Position numbers and translations under genes: made by a program. DNA of 64,000 nucleotides, from NCBI GenBank assembly GCA_938023865.1, contig CALJDG010000019.1, positions 852-64,851 of the forward strand, in the 5' to 3' direction. This document shows positions 1 through 9,504 of the stretch, one piece after another. The DNA comes from an uncultured archaeon (GTDB taxonomy: Archaea > Thermoproteota > Bathyarchaeia > Bathyarchaeales > Bathycorpusculaceae). Positions within the stretch are counted from its first letter, which is position 1; each line of letters begins with the position of its first letter. Under the pieces are notes generated by a model that searched no databases, was not told where the DNA came from, and worked only from the letters and a program-made list of their open reading frames with translations.

Positions 1-1205
1 AGCAATTATGTCCAGCGGAACACATAGTAGGAATGGCGCTATCGGGCTTAAATTTTCATATAGAATACCTCCTACAAAAGAACCTAAAGCGCTAGCAAGA
101 ATGTAAAGGGCACCAGTGCTTCCCATAACCCTGCCCCGCATCTCTTTTGGAACCATGTCTGCTTGTAGCGCTGCAGTGGCTGGGCCGAAAAGAACTGAGG
201 CTATGGCGAAAAAAATGTAAACTGCGGTGAACATTAGAAAATCTCTGGATAGGACAAAGAAAACGGTCGTTGGCGTAAAAATCATGTGGGCTAGTATGAG
301 GGCTTTCTTTCTCCCAAAAACATCTATGGCTTTCCCCAGAAAAAGCCCGATTGCAAGCATTGTCGCCAGATTTATTGTGTTCACCGCACCCCACTCAACA
401 TCGCTTAACCCAACAATTTGTAAGACGTAGAGGGAGCCAAAACGATAGAAGAAAGGGTCTGTAAACGCAATAATTAAAGTTGACATTAAAAGAAAAACTA
501 AACTTTTTGGCATAAGCTTCCAAGAAGCGAAAACTTCCTTTGCAGAATCCCTAAAAGCTAAACCAAGCTCTCTTATGCTAATAGGCTTCGGCTCTTTTAA
601 TGTCTCTTTAAGGAAGATGTGACGCATTAAAGCGGCAACCAACCCAACGGCAAACACAACGGCATAAATTATACGCATCCCAAGGTCAATAGAAAAGCGG
701 CTTATTATAGCTCCAGCAATTAAGGGCGAAAAAATCGAGGGTAGGAAGGGCAAAACTCTAAAGGCGGCGTACCCAAAACCACGTTTTTCTGGCGAAAGCG
801 AGTCTGCCTCAACGGCTTCAAGAGCCGACTGATAGATTAAACATATGTTTGTGACAATCACTCCAACAACATAGAAAACCCAGTTGGGAGCTAAAATAAA
901 AAAGATGTTTGCCACCACAACGCCATATGTCATTGTTACGATTATCTGCCTTCTGCCGTGCTTATCGGTTATGTAGCTTCCTGGAATGCGGACGAGGAAT
1001 AAGATAAAAGAGCCTATGGCGCCAACAACACCAATTATTGCAGGTGTGGCTCCAAGGCTTTCCATGAACGGCGATTCAAAGGGCGATGCCAAAGCATAGC
1101 CAAAATTGAATAAGAGATAGCTTAGGAGCAGCACTAAGAAATTTCCTCGAATAAAGGCAAACTCTCGTTTAATTTTGCTCCACACTGGAAATCGCACTTC
1201 CAAAG
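1..1205 (-). CDS. MFS-type transporter, C-terminal end cut by the window edge
   Basis: A minus-strand frame is open from an in-frame TAG down to position 1. It is absent from the ORF track because it has no stop in the window. The translation (VRFPVWSKIKREFAFIRGNFLVLLLSYLLFNFGYALASPF...) is mostly hydrophobic helices. It has two MFS loop motifs (ITDKHGRRQ and IDVFGRKKA). Start is TTG 1205 or GTG 1199. Confidence 0.7.
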
Positions 1206-1267
1206 TGTATTCAATAATATAAACTGCTCCAAAACCCTAAATAGCTGTGTCCGCCATTCTAGTGTGA

Positions 1268-1600
1268 ATGGTTATGTTCCGCGTTAGAGTCAACAAAATT
1301 GAGTCGATTCGTGACATCGATGGCAACCTTGGGAAACGCATAGAACTTGTGGAAGAGCGCCCAATTCCCCAGTTTGCCATTAGACCTCAAACCGAAGAGG
1401 CAAAGGTTGTGCAGGACGTTCTTCAAGCCCTTCAGCAGCAACTGCCAATCTTTCCGGGACGTGTACAGTTTACGGTACCGAAAATCATCCTCTTCCTTAC
1501 AGAACAGGAATATGAGAGTTTAGGCATAGACTTCGATGTTAACCAAGTTTATGAGATAACCCTTGGAAGTCAGTCCATAAAATTTAGGAAAAGCGTATAA
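1268..1600 (+). CDS. hypothetical protein (110 aa)
   Basis: ATG-initiated ORF with protein-like composition and no motif I recognise. Its 3' end overlaps the convergent ORF 1520-1975 by 81 nt. Confidence 0.4.
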   Translation: MVMFRVRVNKIESIRDIDGNLGKRIELVEERPIPQFAIRPQTEEAKVVQDVLQALQQQLPIFPGRVQFTVPKIILFLTEQEYESLGIDFDVNQVYEITLGSQSIKFRKSV

Positions 1601-1975
1601 TTTCTCTCCTATCTTTTTTAAAGCCGAAAATTTCGGATGGAAAGAGAGAACAAACATTATGCTCCTTAAAGTTGTGAAAACTTTTTCTGCGCTGTTGTCG
1701 CTTTCATTGTCGCAGTAAAGCGTAACAGGCTCGTTTTCATCATCATTATAATAAATATAGATTGATGCCCTTTCGCCTTTAAATGGAACCACCTCAACTT
1801 CTAAATTCAATATTCTAGCAGTCTTCTCGACGGCGGTGCTCACTGCTTTCAGCCTTTCCATGCGAGTTTCCACGCTCGAAACGTAAACCAATAATTTCCC
1901 ACGATTTTCTTCCAACAAGTTTAAGCCTCTAAAAACGCGGTTTGAGTTTACACGTTTTTGAAGCGAACGGTACAA
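1520..1975 (-). CDS. hypothetical protein (151 aa)
   Basis: ORF with alpha/beta-like composition (LLVYVSSVETRMERLKAV...VEVVPFKGERASIYIYYNDDENEP). No recognised family. The C-terminal 27 codons overlap ORF 1268-1600. Confidence 0.4.
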   Translation of the reverse strand: MYRSLQKRVNSNRVFRGLNLLEENRGKLLVYVSSVETRMERLKAVSTAVEKTARILNLEVEVVPFKGERASIYIYYNDDENEPVTLYCDNESDNSAEKVFTTLRSIMFVLSFHPKFSALKKIGEKLYAFPKFYGLTSKGYLINLVNIEVYA

Positions 1976-2072
1976 CGGAAAAACCGACCTGTGGGGAGAG
2001 TTAAGTTAAAGTGAGAGCTCGTAAAGTGCTGAAGATTGTAAAATTTCGGCATAAACTGGTGGACGTGCAACA

Positions 2073-2348
2073 ATGAGGGTCAGAGCGCATGTATTTGTGA
2101 GTGGGCGCGTCCAAGGCGTGTTTTTTAGACATGAAACTAGGCATGAAGCTAGATTGCGCGGCATTAAGGGATGGGTTCGCAACCTTAAAGACGGAAGGGT
2201 TGAGGTCGTTTTTGAGGGCGAAGAAGAAGCCGTAAAAGAGCTTATAGACTTTTGTAAGCGTGGACCGCCAGGTGCAAAAGTAACGAAAGTAGAAGTGCTA
2301 TGGGAAACCTATACGGGTGAGTTTCGGGACTTCGAAATAAAATATTAG
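2073..2348 (+). CDS. acyP: acylphosphatase
   Basis: 91 aa with the signature V-x-G-x-V-Q-G-V-x-F-R (VSGRVQGVFFR), plus GWVRNLKDGRVEV and a C-terminal GPPGAKV motif. Confidence 0.9.
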   Translation: MRVRAHVFVSGRVQGVFFRHETRHEARLRGIKGWVRNLKDGRVEVVFEGEEEAVKELIDFCKRGPPGAKVTKVEVLWETYTGEFRDFEIKY

Positions 2349-2770
2349 CCTAATTTCTTTTTAGGTATGCGGAAATGGCTGTCTTTTCCAGCGCTCACGT
2401 AGTCTCCGCCGACGCCGCGGGCTATTTGGGCTATTTTTGCAAAGTTTTCCGCGCCAAGGTATTGGCGGGGAGTAATTTTGATGTATTCGCCTTTATCCTC
2501 AAAGTTTAAAAGTCCTTCTAAATCTTCTGGGAACATCATTTTAACATCATCAATGTTTAGGGGTTTCTGTACTAGCGGGGCTTCTATCGTCGGAGTTGTA
2601 GGTGCTGTTGGTGGGGCAAGTTGTGAAACAGCTATTGATCTCAGCGAGGCTGAAACTATTCTTAGATCTTCTGCTATGTTGTTTAAGATTACTAGGAGTT
2701 CGTCCACTTTTTCCGCGAGTTTTTCGATGCGCTCTTTCTCCACGCTCATGAACAGGTTCACGCTCTTCAA
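2345..2770 (-). CDS. hypothetical protein with N-terminal coiled coil, Pro/Thr linker and C-terminal globular domain
   Basis: 141-aa ORF. The linker is APPTAPTTPTIEAP. I recognise no family. It overlaps the convergent acyP by 4 nt. Confidence 0.45.
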   Translation of the reverse strand: MKSVNLFMSVEKERIEKLAEKVDELLVILNNIAEDLRIVSASLRSIAVSQLAPPTAPTTPTIEAPLVQKPLNIDDVKMMFPEDLEGLLNFEDKGEYIKITPRQYLGAENFAKIAQIARGVGGDYVSAGKDSHFRIPKKKLG

Positions 2771-2848
2771 TGCTTAATACCCTTATAGCCGTATTTAATT
2801 ATTGTCTGTGAAAGCCACTATAGCACTAAATGAAGGGGCAGTCCACCT

Positions 2849-3886
2849 TTGATTAAGATTGATGGAAGCCAAAAAAGCGGAAGCGGAACCATCCTAAGGC
2901 TTTCGGTAGCCCTAGCCTCCATTCTTAACCAGCCCCTCCATATATACAACATACGTCAAAACAGACCGCAACCCGGCTTAAGACCGCAGCATTTGGAGGC
3001 AGTTTTGACAGCGGCGAAACTCTGCAACGCAGAAGTTAAAGGCGCGGTTTTAGGCTCTCGGGAACTTTGGTTCACACCTAAGGAGATTAAAGGCGGTGAT
3101 TTTGAGGCTGAAATTGGCACCGCTGGAAGTATACCAATGCTTATTATGACTGTTTTGCCCATCTGCATCTTCGCAGAAAAAAGCATCCGTCTCAATGTTT
3201 TAAGAGGTGGAACAGACGTTTCCCATTCGCCGACGATAAACTATATGCGGTTTGTTTTTCTTCCAATTTTGAGACGGATGGGAATGGATGCCGAAATAAC
3301 AGTGCACAAGTACGGTTACTATCCAAAAGGCATGGGAGAGGTTACACTAAAAGTTGAGCCTACTGAGGAGCTTAAACCCCTATGCCTAGAGGATTTTGGC
3401 AAACTAGAAATCGTCAGAGGCGTTTCAGTCTGCACCTTTTTGGCAGATAGGCGAGTGGCTGAACGACAAGCAACAACTGCAAAAACCCACCTCCAAAGAT
3501 ACGGCTTAAAGGCTGATGTTCAGATAGTGAATGACAGGTCTAATCCGCTTCAGAAGGGTAGTTCCCTAGTGCTTTGGGCTGAAACTGATAGGGGAGCGGT
3601 GCTTGGCGCAGATTCTATTGGGGAACTTGGGAAAACAAGTGAGTCTGTCGGAGTTGAAGCTGCGGAAAAGCTTTACACTGAAATTTCTTCTAAGGCGACT
3701 GTTGACGTTCATTTGGCCGATATGATCATTCCATATGTGGCTTTGGCTAGGGGTAAGTCGACATACCTAACAAGAGCCCTTTCAGACCATTTGGAAACGA
3801 ACATTTGGCTTGCCGAAACCCTCCTTCACGTAAAATTCAATGTTAAGCGTGTTAATGGGCTTTACAAGGTTGAGAAGGTTAGATAG
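2849..3886 (+). CDS. rtcA: RNA 3'-terminal phosphate cyclase
   Basis: The N-terminus MIKIDGSQKSGSGTILRLSVALASILNQPLHIYNIRQNRPQPGLRPQHL is typical of RtcA. Length is 345 aa. Start is TTG. Confidence 0.9.
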   Translation: MIKIDGSQKSGSGTILRLSVALASILNQPLHIYNIRQNRPQPGLRPQHLEAVLTAAKLCNAEVKGAVLGSRELWFTPKEIKGGDFEAEIGTAGSIPMLIMTVLPICIFAEKSIRLNVLRGGTDVSHSPTINYMRFVFLPILRRMGMDAEITVHKYGYYPKGMGEVTLKVEPTEELKPLCLEDFGKLEIVRGVSVCTFLADRRVAERQATTAKTHLQRYGLKADVQIVNDRSNPLQKGSSLVLWAETDRGAVLGADSIGELGKTSESVGVEAAEKLYTEISSKATVDVHLADMIIPYVALARGKSTYLTRALSDHLETNIWLAETLLHVKFNVKRVNGLYKVEKVR

Positions 3887-3888
3887 CC

Positions 3889-5313
3889 TTGAGAGCCAAG
3901 ATTAGAGGAATATACACAACAGCATTGACAAAATTGCTCTTGGAAAACGGATTCCAAATAGTTCAGCCATCTCAGACCATAAAGACGCGGTTTGGTATAC
4001 CCGATAACATCGAGCCATCAGACTTGAAAATAAAAGATAGGCATGATCTTCAGGGAGTGGTAGCACTTGGCACGCCAGAAGCCATAAAAGCCCTTCACGC
4101 AATTCTGCACTCTTCGCTTGAAGATGCCATAATAAGAAAGTGGAGTGTAAGCGTGGACGGCATATATAATGGCGCCATAATAAACGAAAACGATGATGCA
4201 GTTCAAGTCAAAATAAGAGAAGACGTTGTTGGAGTGCTTCCTAAACATGAAGTTCAAGGCGAAAGCCAAAACAAAAATGCCATACTAGTTCAAGTTTTGA
4301 GAAAACGTATCGGTAAGAAAACCCCCATTTTAACAACTCAGCTTAAAGTTGTTGGAAACTACGCCATATTGGCGAAGAAGAGCAAAGGCGGCGTGAGCCT
4401 AAAAATTAAGGACATAAGCAAGAGGGCTGAGCTTTATGCGCTTGGAAAACAGTTGTCGCCCGAGGGTTGGGGTATAATTTGGCGTGAGCCGGCCGCTCAC
4501 ACGCCAAAAAATGTTTTGGAGAATGAAGTGGCGAGTCTCTGCAAGAAGGCTAAAGCCTTAACCGGGGCCACTTATCTGTCTGACGCGCCAGCCCTACTTG
4601 TTGAAGGCTTGTATTTTATAGATGTTGAGTTCCCAAGCCTTTCAAAAGCGAAATTAGACGCGTTAAGGGCTACTGTTTCGCCAACCCTTGAGGGGCATCA
4701 CTTTTATAAAAGCTGCGGTGGCAACGTTTCATTAGCCCTAGAAATGGCTGAAAAGCTCCTAGAGAAGGGACGAAGCAAAAGCGAAGTTAAAGAACTTCTA
4801 AAAATGCAGGTGCACCCTGAACTTCCAGAAGTGGGTTCAACGGTTGATGTCGAACACGTTAAGCTCAACGGCAGGGTCTTACGCCTAGGACAGGCGATAA
4901 TAGAAGTCATAAACAGCAAAGAACTAAGATACAGCAGAACCATTAGGACAGACGGCTTTTACGACGGGTTAGATGTCGCCAAAGAAGCTGGCGACAGAGC
5001 TATAAGCGAAACAAAGCTTGGCGAATGGTACATAATCACTAATTACTTCTCGAAGGATAAGCTGTGGAAGGGCGCCTACATAAACATAAACACGCCTGTG
5101 GAAATTTACCCATTCGAGGTGCGCTACATAGACTTAGAGGTGGATGTTTGCATACGCCCAGATGGCGAAACAAAAGTTTTGGATATGGAAAAGCTTGAAA
5201 AAGCCTCAGAAAAAGGCATGGTAAGCGAAGCGCTTTTTGAAAAAGTTAAAGATGTTGTCGCAGCGGTGACTGAAAAAGGTTTCATTGAAAAGTTCTCGGC
5301 TAAATTTATTTAG
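3889..5313 (+). CDS. fau-1: FAU-1 / RNase E-G-like RNA-binding protein with C-terminal DUF402-type domain
   Basis: The N-terminus MRAKIRGIYTTALTKLLLENGFQIVQPS matches the archaeal FAU-1 family. Length is about 470 aa. The C-terminal third (GEWYIITNYF...YININTPVE...YIDLEVDV) looks like DUF402. TTG start lies 2 nt after the rtcA stop. Confidence 0.75.
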   Translation: MRAKIRGIYTTALTKLLLENGFQIVQPSQTIKTRFGIPDNIEPSDLKIKDRHDLQGVVALGTPEAIKALHAILHSSLEDAIIRKWSVSVDGIYNGAIINENDDAVQVKIREDVVGVLPKHEVQGESQNKNAILVQVLRKRIGKKTPILTTQLKVVGNYAILAKKSKGGVSLKIKDISKRAELYALGKQLSPEGWGIIWREPAAHTPKNVLENEVASLCKKAKALTGATYLSDAPALLVEGLYFIDVEFPSLSKAKLDALRATVSPTLEGHHFYKSCGGNVSLALEMAEKLLEKGRSKSEVKELLKMQVHPELPEVGSTVDVEHVKLNGRVLRLGQAIIEVINSKELRYSRTIRTDGFYDGLDVAKEAGDRAISETKLGEWYIITNYFSKDKLWKGAYININTPVEIYPFEVRYIDLEVDVCIRPDGETKVLDMEKLEKASEKGMVSEALFEKVKDVVAAVTEKGFIEKFSAKFI

Positions 5314-5349
5314 CTTTCCAACACTTATTTTCCAGCCAAGAGTGGAAAG

Positions 5350-6702
5350 TTGAAAGCTGAACTCGTCCTAAAGGACCTAAAGGCCCATGTAAAAGGCACC
5401 ATCGCGGAGTGCTGCCTAGCCATAGAAAATGGCAAGATAACAAAAATTGGAAAGGAACCCAAGATGCCAAAGGCTGACACTGAAATCAGCCTTAAAGGGT
5501 TTCTTGTTTTGCCAGGCCTGATTGACGTTCATGTACACCTAAGGGATGAGGAGAAAGCCTACAAAGAAGAGTTTTACACTGGCACCGCGGCAGCTGCTGT
5601 GGGTGGCTTTACAACAGTTTTAGACATGCCCAACAACAGCCCAGTCACTATGAGCGCTGAAACCTTAAAAAATAGAATGGAGAAAGCTGAGGAAAAGATT
5701 TTGGTTAATGTTGGCTTCTATTGCGAATTTCCAAAATGCTTAGGCGAAATAGACGAGATAATTGACGCCGGCGCAGTGGCATTCAAGCTTTTCTTAAGCG
5801 AAAAAGTGGGCGGATTAAACATAGAAGATGACACAGCACTCGCAAAAGCCTTCCAAAAAGTGGCTTCAAGAACTCCGATTGCAGTACACGCCGAAGACAA
5901 AAGCACGATTAAAAGAGTTGAAGAAAGGCTTAAACGGGAAGGAAAAAAGGATATAGGAGCTTTTCTGAAGGCTCACTCTGAAAAGGCAGAATTCGAAGCC
6001 GTGAAACGTGTGCTAAAAATAGTGGAAAAGACAAGGGCGCGGGTACACTTCTGCCATATAAGTACAAAAAAGGGCTTAAGCCTAGTGGTCAAAGCAAAAA
6101 AGGCTGGGCTACCAGTAACATGTGAGGTTACACCACACCATCTTTTTCTGTCCGACGATGATTTGAGACGGTTGGGAACATTGGCTCTTACCATGCCACC
6201 GCTCCGAAGTAAAAGTCAAAACAAAGCTTTATGGAAAGGCTTGAACGACGGTTGGATTAACGTGGTTGGCTCAGATCACGCGCCCCACGCTTTGGAAGAG
6301 AAAAACGCTGATAGCATCTGGGATGTCAAGGTCGGAATTCCCGGACTTGAAACCACCCTTCCATTACTGCTTACAGAGGTAAATGCTGGAAGGCTTAACA
6401 TAGCTGATGTTGTAAGGCTTATGGGCGAGAATCCATCAAGAATTTTTGGGTTAGAAGGTTTTGGAAGCCTAAAGGAGGGTTTTAGAGCCGACCTGATAAT
6501 TGTTGACTTGAAAAGAGAGCTTCGAATAAACGCCTCACGTTTTCATTCTAAAGCCAAGTTTTCACCCTTTAACGGTAGAGTTGCCAAAGGTGTTGTTGTC
6601 AAAACTTTTGTAAGCGGACAACTAGTTATGGATGAGGGTGAAATAGTAGCTAAACCAGGATGCGGAAAAATAATCAAGTATGAAGCAAAAACTAGGGAGT
6701 GA
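5350..6702 (+). CDS. pyrC: dihydroorotase (cyclic amidohydrolase superfamily)
   Basis: Metal-binding DVHVHLRD, then DMPNN, AVHAED, PPLR and GSDHAPH motifs. Length is 450 aa. Confidence 0.8.
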   Translation: MKAELVLKDLKAHVKGTIAECCLAIENGKITKIGKEPKMPKADTEISLKGFLVLPGLIDVHVHLRDEEKAYKEEFYTGTAAAAVGGFTTVLDMPNNSPVTMSAETLKNRMEKAEEKILVNVGFYCEFPKCLGEIDEIIDAGAVAFKLFLSEKVGGLNIEDDTALAKAFQKVASRTPIAVHAEDKSTIKRVEERLKREGKKDIGAFLKAHSEKAEFEAVKRVLKIVEKTRARVHFCHISTKKGLSLVVKAKKAGLPVTCEVTPHHLFLSDDDLRRLGTLALTMPPLRSKSQNKALWKGLNDGWINVVGSDHAPHALEEKNADSIWDVKVGIPGLETTLPLLLTEVNAGRLNIADVVRLMGENPSRIFGLEGFGSLKEGFRADLIIVDLKRELRINASRFHSKAKFSPFNGRVAKGVVVKTFVSGQLVMDEGEIVAKPGCGKIIKYEAKTRE

Positions 6703-7192
6703 ACTAGCCTTGAAATTCGTTGTCGATGGGATGCTTGGCAAACTCACCCGCTGGCTAAGGATGCTGGGACACAATGTGGAATACTCAAACAAGCTGGACG
6801 ATGTGCATCTAATTGCCATAGCAAAAAAAGAAAAACGGATACTTCTAACAAGGGATTTGCAGCTTTATCAGCAAGCCATAGCAAAAGGAGTTCAAGCCTT
6901 CTATGTGGAGGGAAAAACGGAAGCTGAAAAGCTGGCGCAACTTGCCAAGAAATTCGGTATAAGCCTAGACATCGAAATGGCAATTTCGAGATGTCCAAAA
7001 TGCAATGCGCAAGTGAAGCCAGCACGTAAGGAAAACGTTAAGAACAAGGTTGAAAAAACAACATTTGCCTATTATAACGAGTTTTGGCAATGTCCAAAAT
7101 GTGGGCAAGTCTATTGGCAAGGAGCCCACTGGACAAGAATTAGAAAAACCCTTGAAATGGCAAAAGAGCTTGCAAAAGCAGAAATGAAATAA
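6680..7192 (+). CDS. Mut7-C RNase domain protein (PIN-like plus C-terminal zinc ribbon)
   Basis: FVVDGMLGKLTRWLRMLGHNV at the N-terminus. C-terminal CPKCN...CPKCGQVYW zinc ribbon. The start may be TTG 6710 rather than ATG 6680; ATG 6680 would overlap pyrC by 23 nt. Confidence 0.75.
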   Translation: MKQKLGSELALKFVVDGMLGKLTRWLRMLGHNVEYSNKLDDVHLIAIAKKEKRILLTRDLQLYQQAIAKGVQAFYVEGKTEAEKLAQLAKKFGISLDIEMAISRCPKCNAQVKPARKENVKNKVEKTTFAYYNEFWQCPKCGQVYWQGAHWTRIRKTLEMAKELAKAEMK

Positions 7193-7200
7193 AAAAGGTT

Positions 7201-7449
7201 TTACTTCTTCTTTTCTCCTTCTAGAAGCCACTTAAGTGGAATATCCTGATAGGTGCCGTCCGGAAGTGTCCGCCTAATCGTTATGGGCAGTATACCAGCC
7301 TCAAGCTCTTTTAGGGCTATATCTATTGGACTCGAGTAGCCTTCCGAAACATCAACGAGGATTGGGGCTCCCATGGATATTTGGAGGGCTCTTGCCCCAA
7401 CCACTCTTGCTTTCTCGAAGCGGGTGAGTCTTGGAGGGCCAATTAAGAT
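7201..7449 (-). CDS. rpoK: DNA-directed RNA polymerase subunit K (Rpo6)
   Basis: [27 protein letters not shown] is the conserved Rpo6/RpoK core. The ORF track starts at GTG 7404, which would delete the conserved TRFEKAR segment. The frame is open up to 7473 but holds no ATG/GTG/TTG there, so the 5' end given (ATC 7449) is tentative. Confidence 0.8.
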   Translation of the reverse strand: MLIGPPRLTRFEKARVVGARALQISMGAPILVDVSEGYSSPIDIALKELEAGILPITIRRTLPDGTYQDIPLKWLLEGEKKK

Positions 7450-7489
7450 TTTTCTCTCTCTTTCAGACGTGTTCTAACTCCCCAGCGTC

Positions 7490-9133
7490 TTAGTATTCGC
7501 CTTCGGGTGGACCCTTAGGCGGCATTGGGGGAGTTTTTGCCTTTCCAGCGGCTATGACGTCGTCAATTTTCAGAATCATTGATGCTGCTTCAGTAGCAGA
7601 CTTGACCACCTGTTTCTTAACGGATATAGGCTCGAAGACTCCGGCTTCCCGCATATCTTGAACTTTTCCAGAGTGCACCTCTATTCCGGCCCATGTTTCG
7701 CCTTTCTCGTGTTTAGCTCTTAGCTCTGAGAGTATGTCTATTGGGTCTAAGCCAGCGTTCTCTGTAAGCGTTCCAGGGATAGCCTCCAAGGCTTCTGCAA
7801 AACTTTTAACGGCTAATTGTTCCCTTCCAGGAAGAGTTTCAGCATACTTCTTTAAGGCTTTGGCGATTTCTAGTTCGGGTGAGCCTCCTCCAGCTAAAAC
7901 TTTTGGTTCTTCGACGATGTCGCGGACAACGCATAGGGCATCATGCACTGAACGTTCAGCCTCTTCTACTACGCGTTCTGTTGCCCCCCTTATGAGGATG
8001 GTGACCGACCTCGGATGTTTACATCCCTCAACAAAGGTCATTTTGTCGTCGCCGATTTTTCGCTCTTCCACGAGGCTTGCAAAACCTAAGTCTGCAGCAC
8101 TCACGTCATCCAAGTTAGTTATTATTTTGCCCCCCGTGGCTTTTGCGAGTTTCTCCATGTCTGACTTTTTGATGCGACGCACCGCCAAGATGCCTTTTCT
8201 AGCTAGGAAGTGTTGTGCCATGTCGTCTATGCCCTTCTGGCATAGCACGACATTAGCGCCTATGGCGGCGAGCTTTTCCACCATATCCTTGAGCATGGCT
8301 TCCTCCTGTCTTAGAAAGGCGTCCATCTGTTCGGGGCTCTCAATGTTTATTTTAGCATCAAACTCCGTCTTTTCAATTTCTAGTGGACAGTCTAGCAAGG
8401 CGATTTTTGCGTTTTCTACACGTTTTGGCATTCCTGAGTGGACGACTTCTTTGTCTAGGACTACGCCGTTAACGAGCATTGTGTCCCTAACTGATTCGCC
8501 TGGCTTCTTTTCAACTTTGACGTCGTCTACGTCCACCTTGTATTTACCGTCTCCCCTCTCTGCAACTTGGAGAATTGCCCTTACAGCCAAATCGGCAAGG
8601 TATTCTCTATGTTCTGCAACTAGCTTGCTCGCCATGGAAGTCATGGCAGTCTTCCGCAAATACTCCTGGGAGTTTAGGTCTACTGGTATGGCTATCTTCT
8701 CTAAAACTTCAAGGGACTTTTCCAAGGCCTTCTTATAACCATCAATTATAATTGTTGGGTGAATATTCTTGCCAATAAGCTCCTCTGCCTTTGCGAGAAG
8801 CTCTCCGGCCAAAATAACGGCTGTTGTCGTGCCGTCGCCAGCCTCATTGTCCTGAGTTTTGGCTACTTCAACCATCATTTTGGCGGCTGGGTGCTGAACA
8901 TCCATCTCATCTAAAATTGTGCGACCGTCGCTGGTTATTGTGACGTCGCCGAAACTGTCCACAAGCATCTTATCCATACCTTTTGGACCGAGGGAGCTCT
9001 TCACTGTTTCGGCTATTATGCGGGCAGCCATAATGTTTGTGTGTTGGGCTTCCCTACCTCTTGAACGGCTTGAGCCTTCCTTTAATATGAGAACTGGGAC
9101 TCCAGCTGATGCGGGTGATGACAAATCAAACAA
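7490..9133 (-). CDS. ths: thermosome subunit (group II chaperonin)
   Basis: [26 protein letters not shown] and GDGTTT motifs, with a C-terminal [13 protein letters not shown] tail. TTG start at 9133, or TTG at 9124, which is better spaced from the GGGGG Shine-Dalgarno-like run. Confidence 0.95.
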   Translation of the reverse strand: MFDLSSPASAGVPVLILKEGSSRSRGREAQHTNIMAARIIAETVKSSLGPKGMDKMLVDSFGDVTITSDGRTILDEMDVQHPAAKMMVEVAKTQDNEAGDGTTTAVILAGELLAKAEELIGKNIHPTIIIDGYKKALEKSLEVLEKIAIPVDLNSQEYLRKTAMTSMASKLVAEHREYLADLAVRAILQVAERGDGKYKVDVDDVKVEKKPGESVRDTMLVNGVVLDKEVVHSGMPKRVENAKIALLDCPLEIEKTEFDAKINIESPEQMDAFLRQEEAMLKDMVEKLAAIGANVVLCQKGIDDMAQHFLARKGILAVRRIKKSDMEKLAKATGGKIITNLDDVSAADLGFASLVEERKIGDDKMTFVEGCKHPRSVTILIRGATERVVEEAERSVHDALCVVRDIVEEPKVLAGGGSPELEIAKALKKYAETLPGREQLAVKSFAEALEAIPGTLTENAGLDPIDILSELRAKHEKGETWAGIEVHSGKVQDMREAGVFEPISVKKQVVKSATEAASMILKIDDVIAAGKAKTPPMPPKGPPEGEY

Positions 9134-9168
9134 CCCCCTAACGCGTCACAATGAGAAACAGCATTACA

Positions 9169-9176
9169 ATATAAAT
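9169..9176 (-). promoter_or_regulatory. putative TATA box for the thermosome-rpoK transcription unit
   Basis: The minus strand reads AAAATTTATATTG about 36-43 nt upstream of the thermosome start, preceded by a purine-rich BRE-like GGAAAAA. Confidence 0.3.
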
Positions 9177-9237
9177 TTTTCCTTAACTGCGCCCAATTAA
9201 CCACGTCCAAATCAAGTGCACCACCCAGCGTTTCACT

Positions 9238-9402
9238 ATGATATTTAAAGCAGGTTCTATTAGTGTCTCCTAACAGAATTAAACAGTGCGTAGGCCTTCT
9301 AGCCTTAATCCTCAAATTCACCTTGTCCAAAGCCTTAACCTTTTTATTATATACTTTTACAAGGTCATTAACTTTAACAGCAAAATCCTTGTCCCCAGTC
9401 AT
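9238..9402 (-). pseudogene. possible remnant of an ABC-transporter ATPase N-terminus
   Basis: Part of ORF 9082-9432 reads MTGDKDFAVKVNDLVKVYNKKVKALDKVNLRIKA. This is the canonical N-terminal strand pattern of ABC ATPases. The Walker A position then reads ILLGDTNRTCF instead of GLLGPNGAGKT, and the rest is nonsense. Confidence 0.3.
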
Positions 9403-9504
9403 CTCATAGTTAAGCAATAAGCCTATGAACACAAACTTACTATATTATAGAAAAGGAGAGTGGACCGGAAGATACTCATCATTAATACTGATGTTAGGGT
9501 TTGC

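Noticed and set aside
7734-8738. 334-aa ORF on the plus strand inside the thermosome gene.
   Set aside because: It is antisense to a very strongly supported chaperonin CDS. Its Ser/Ala/Leu-rich low-complexity translation is typical of a shadow ORF opposite a GC-skewed coding frame.
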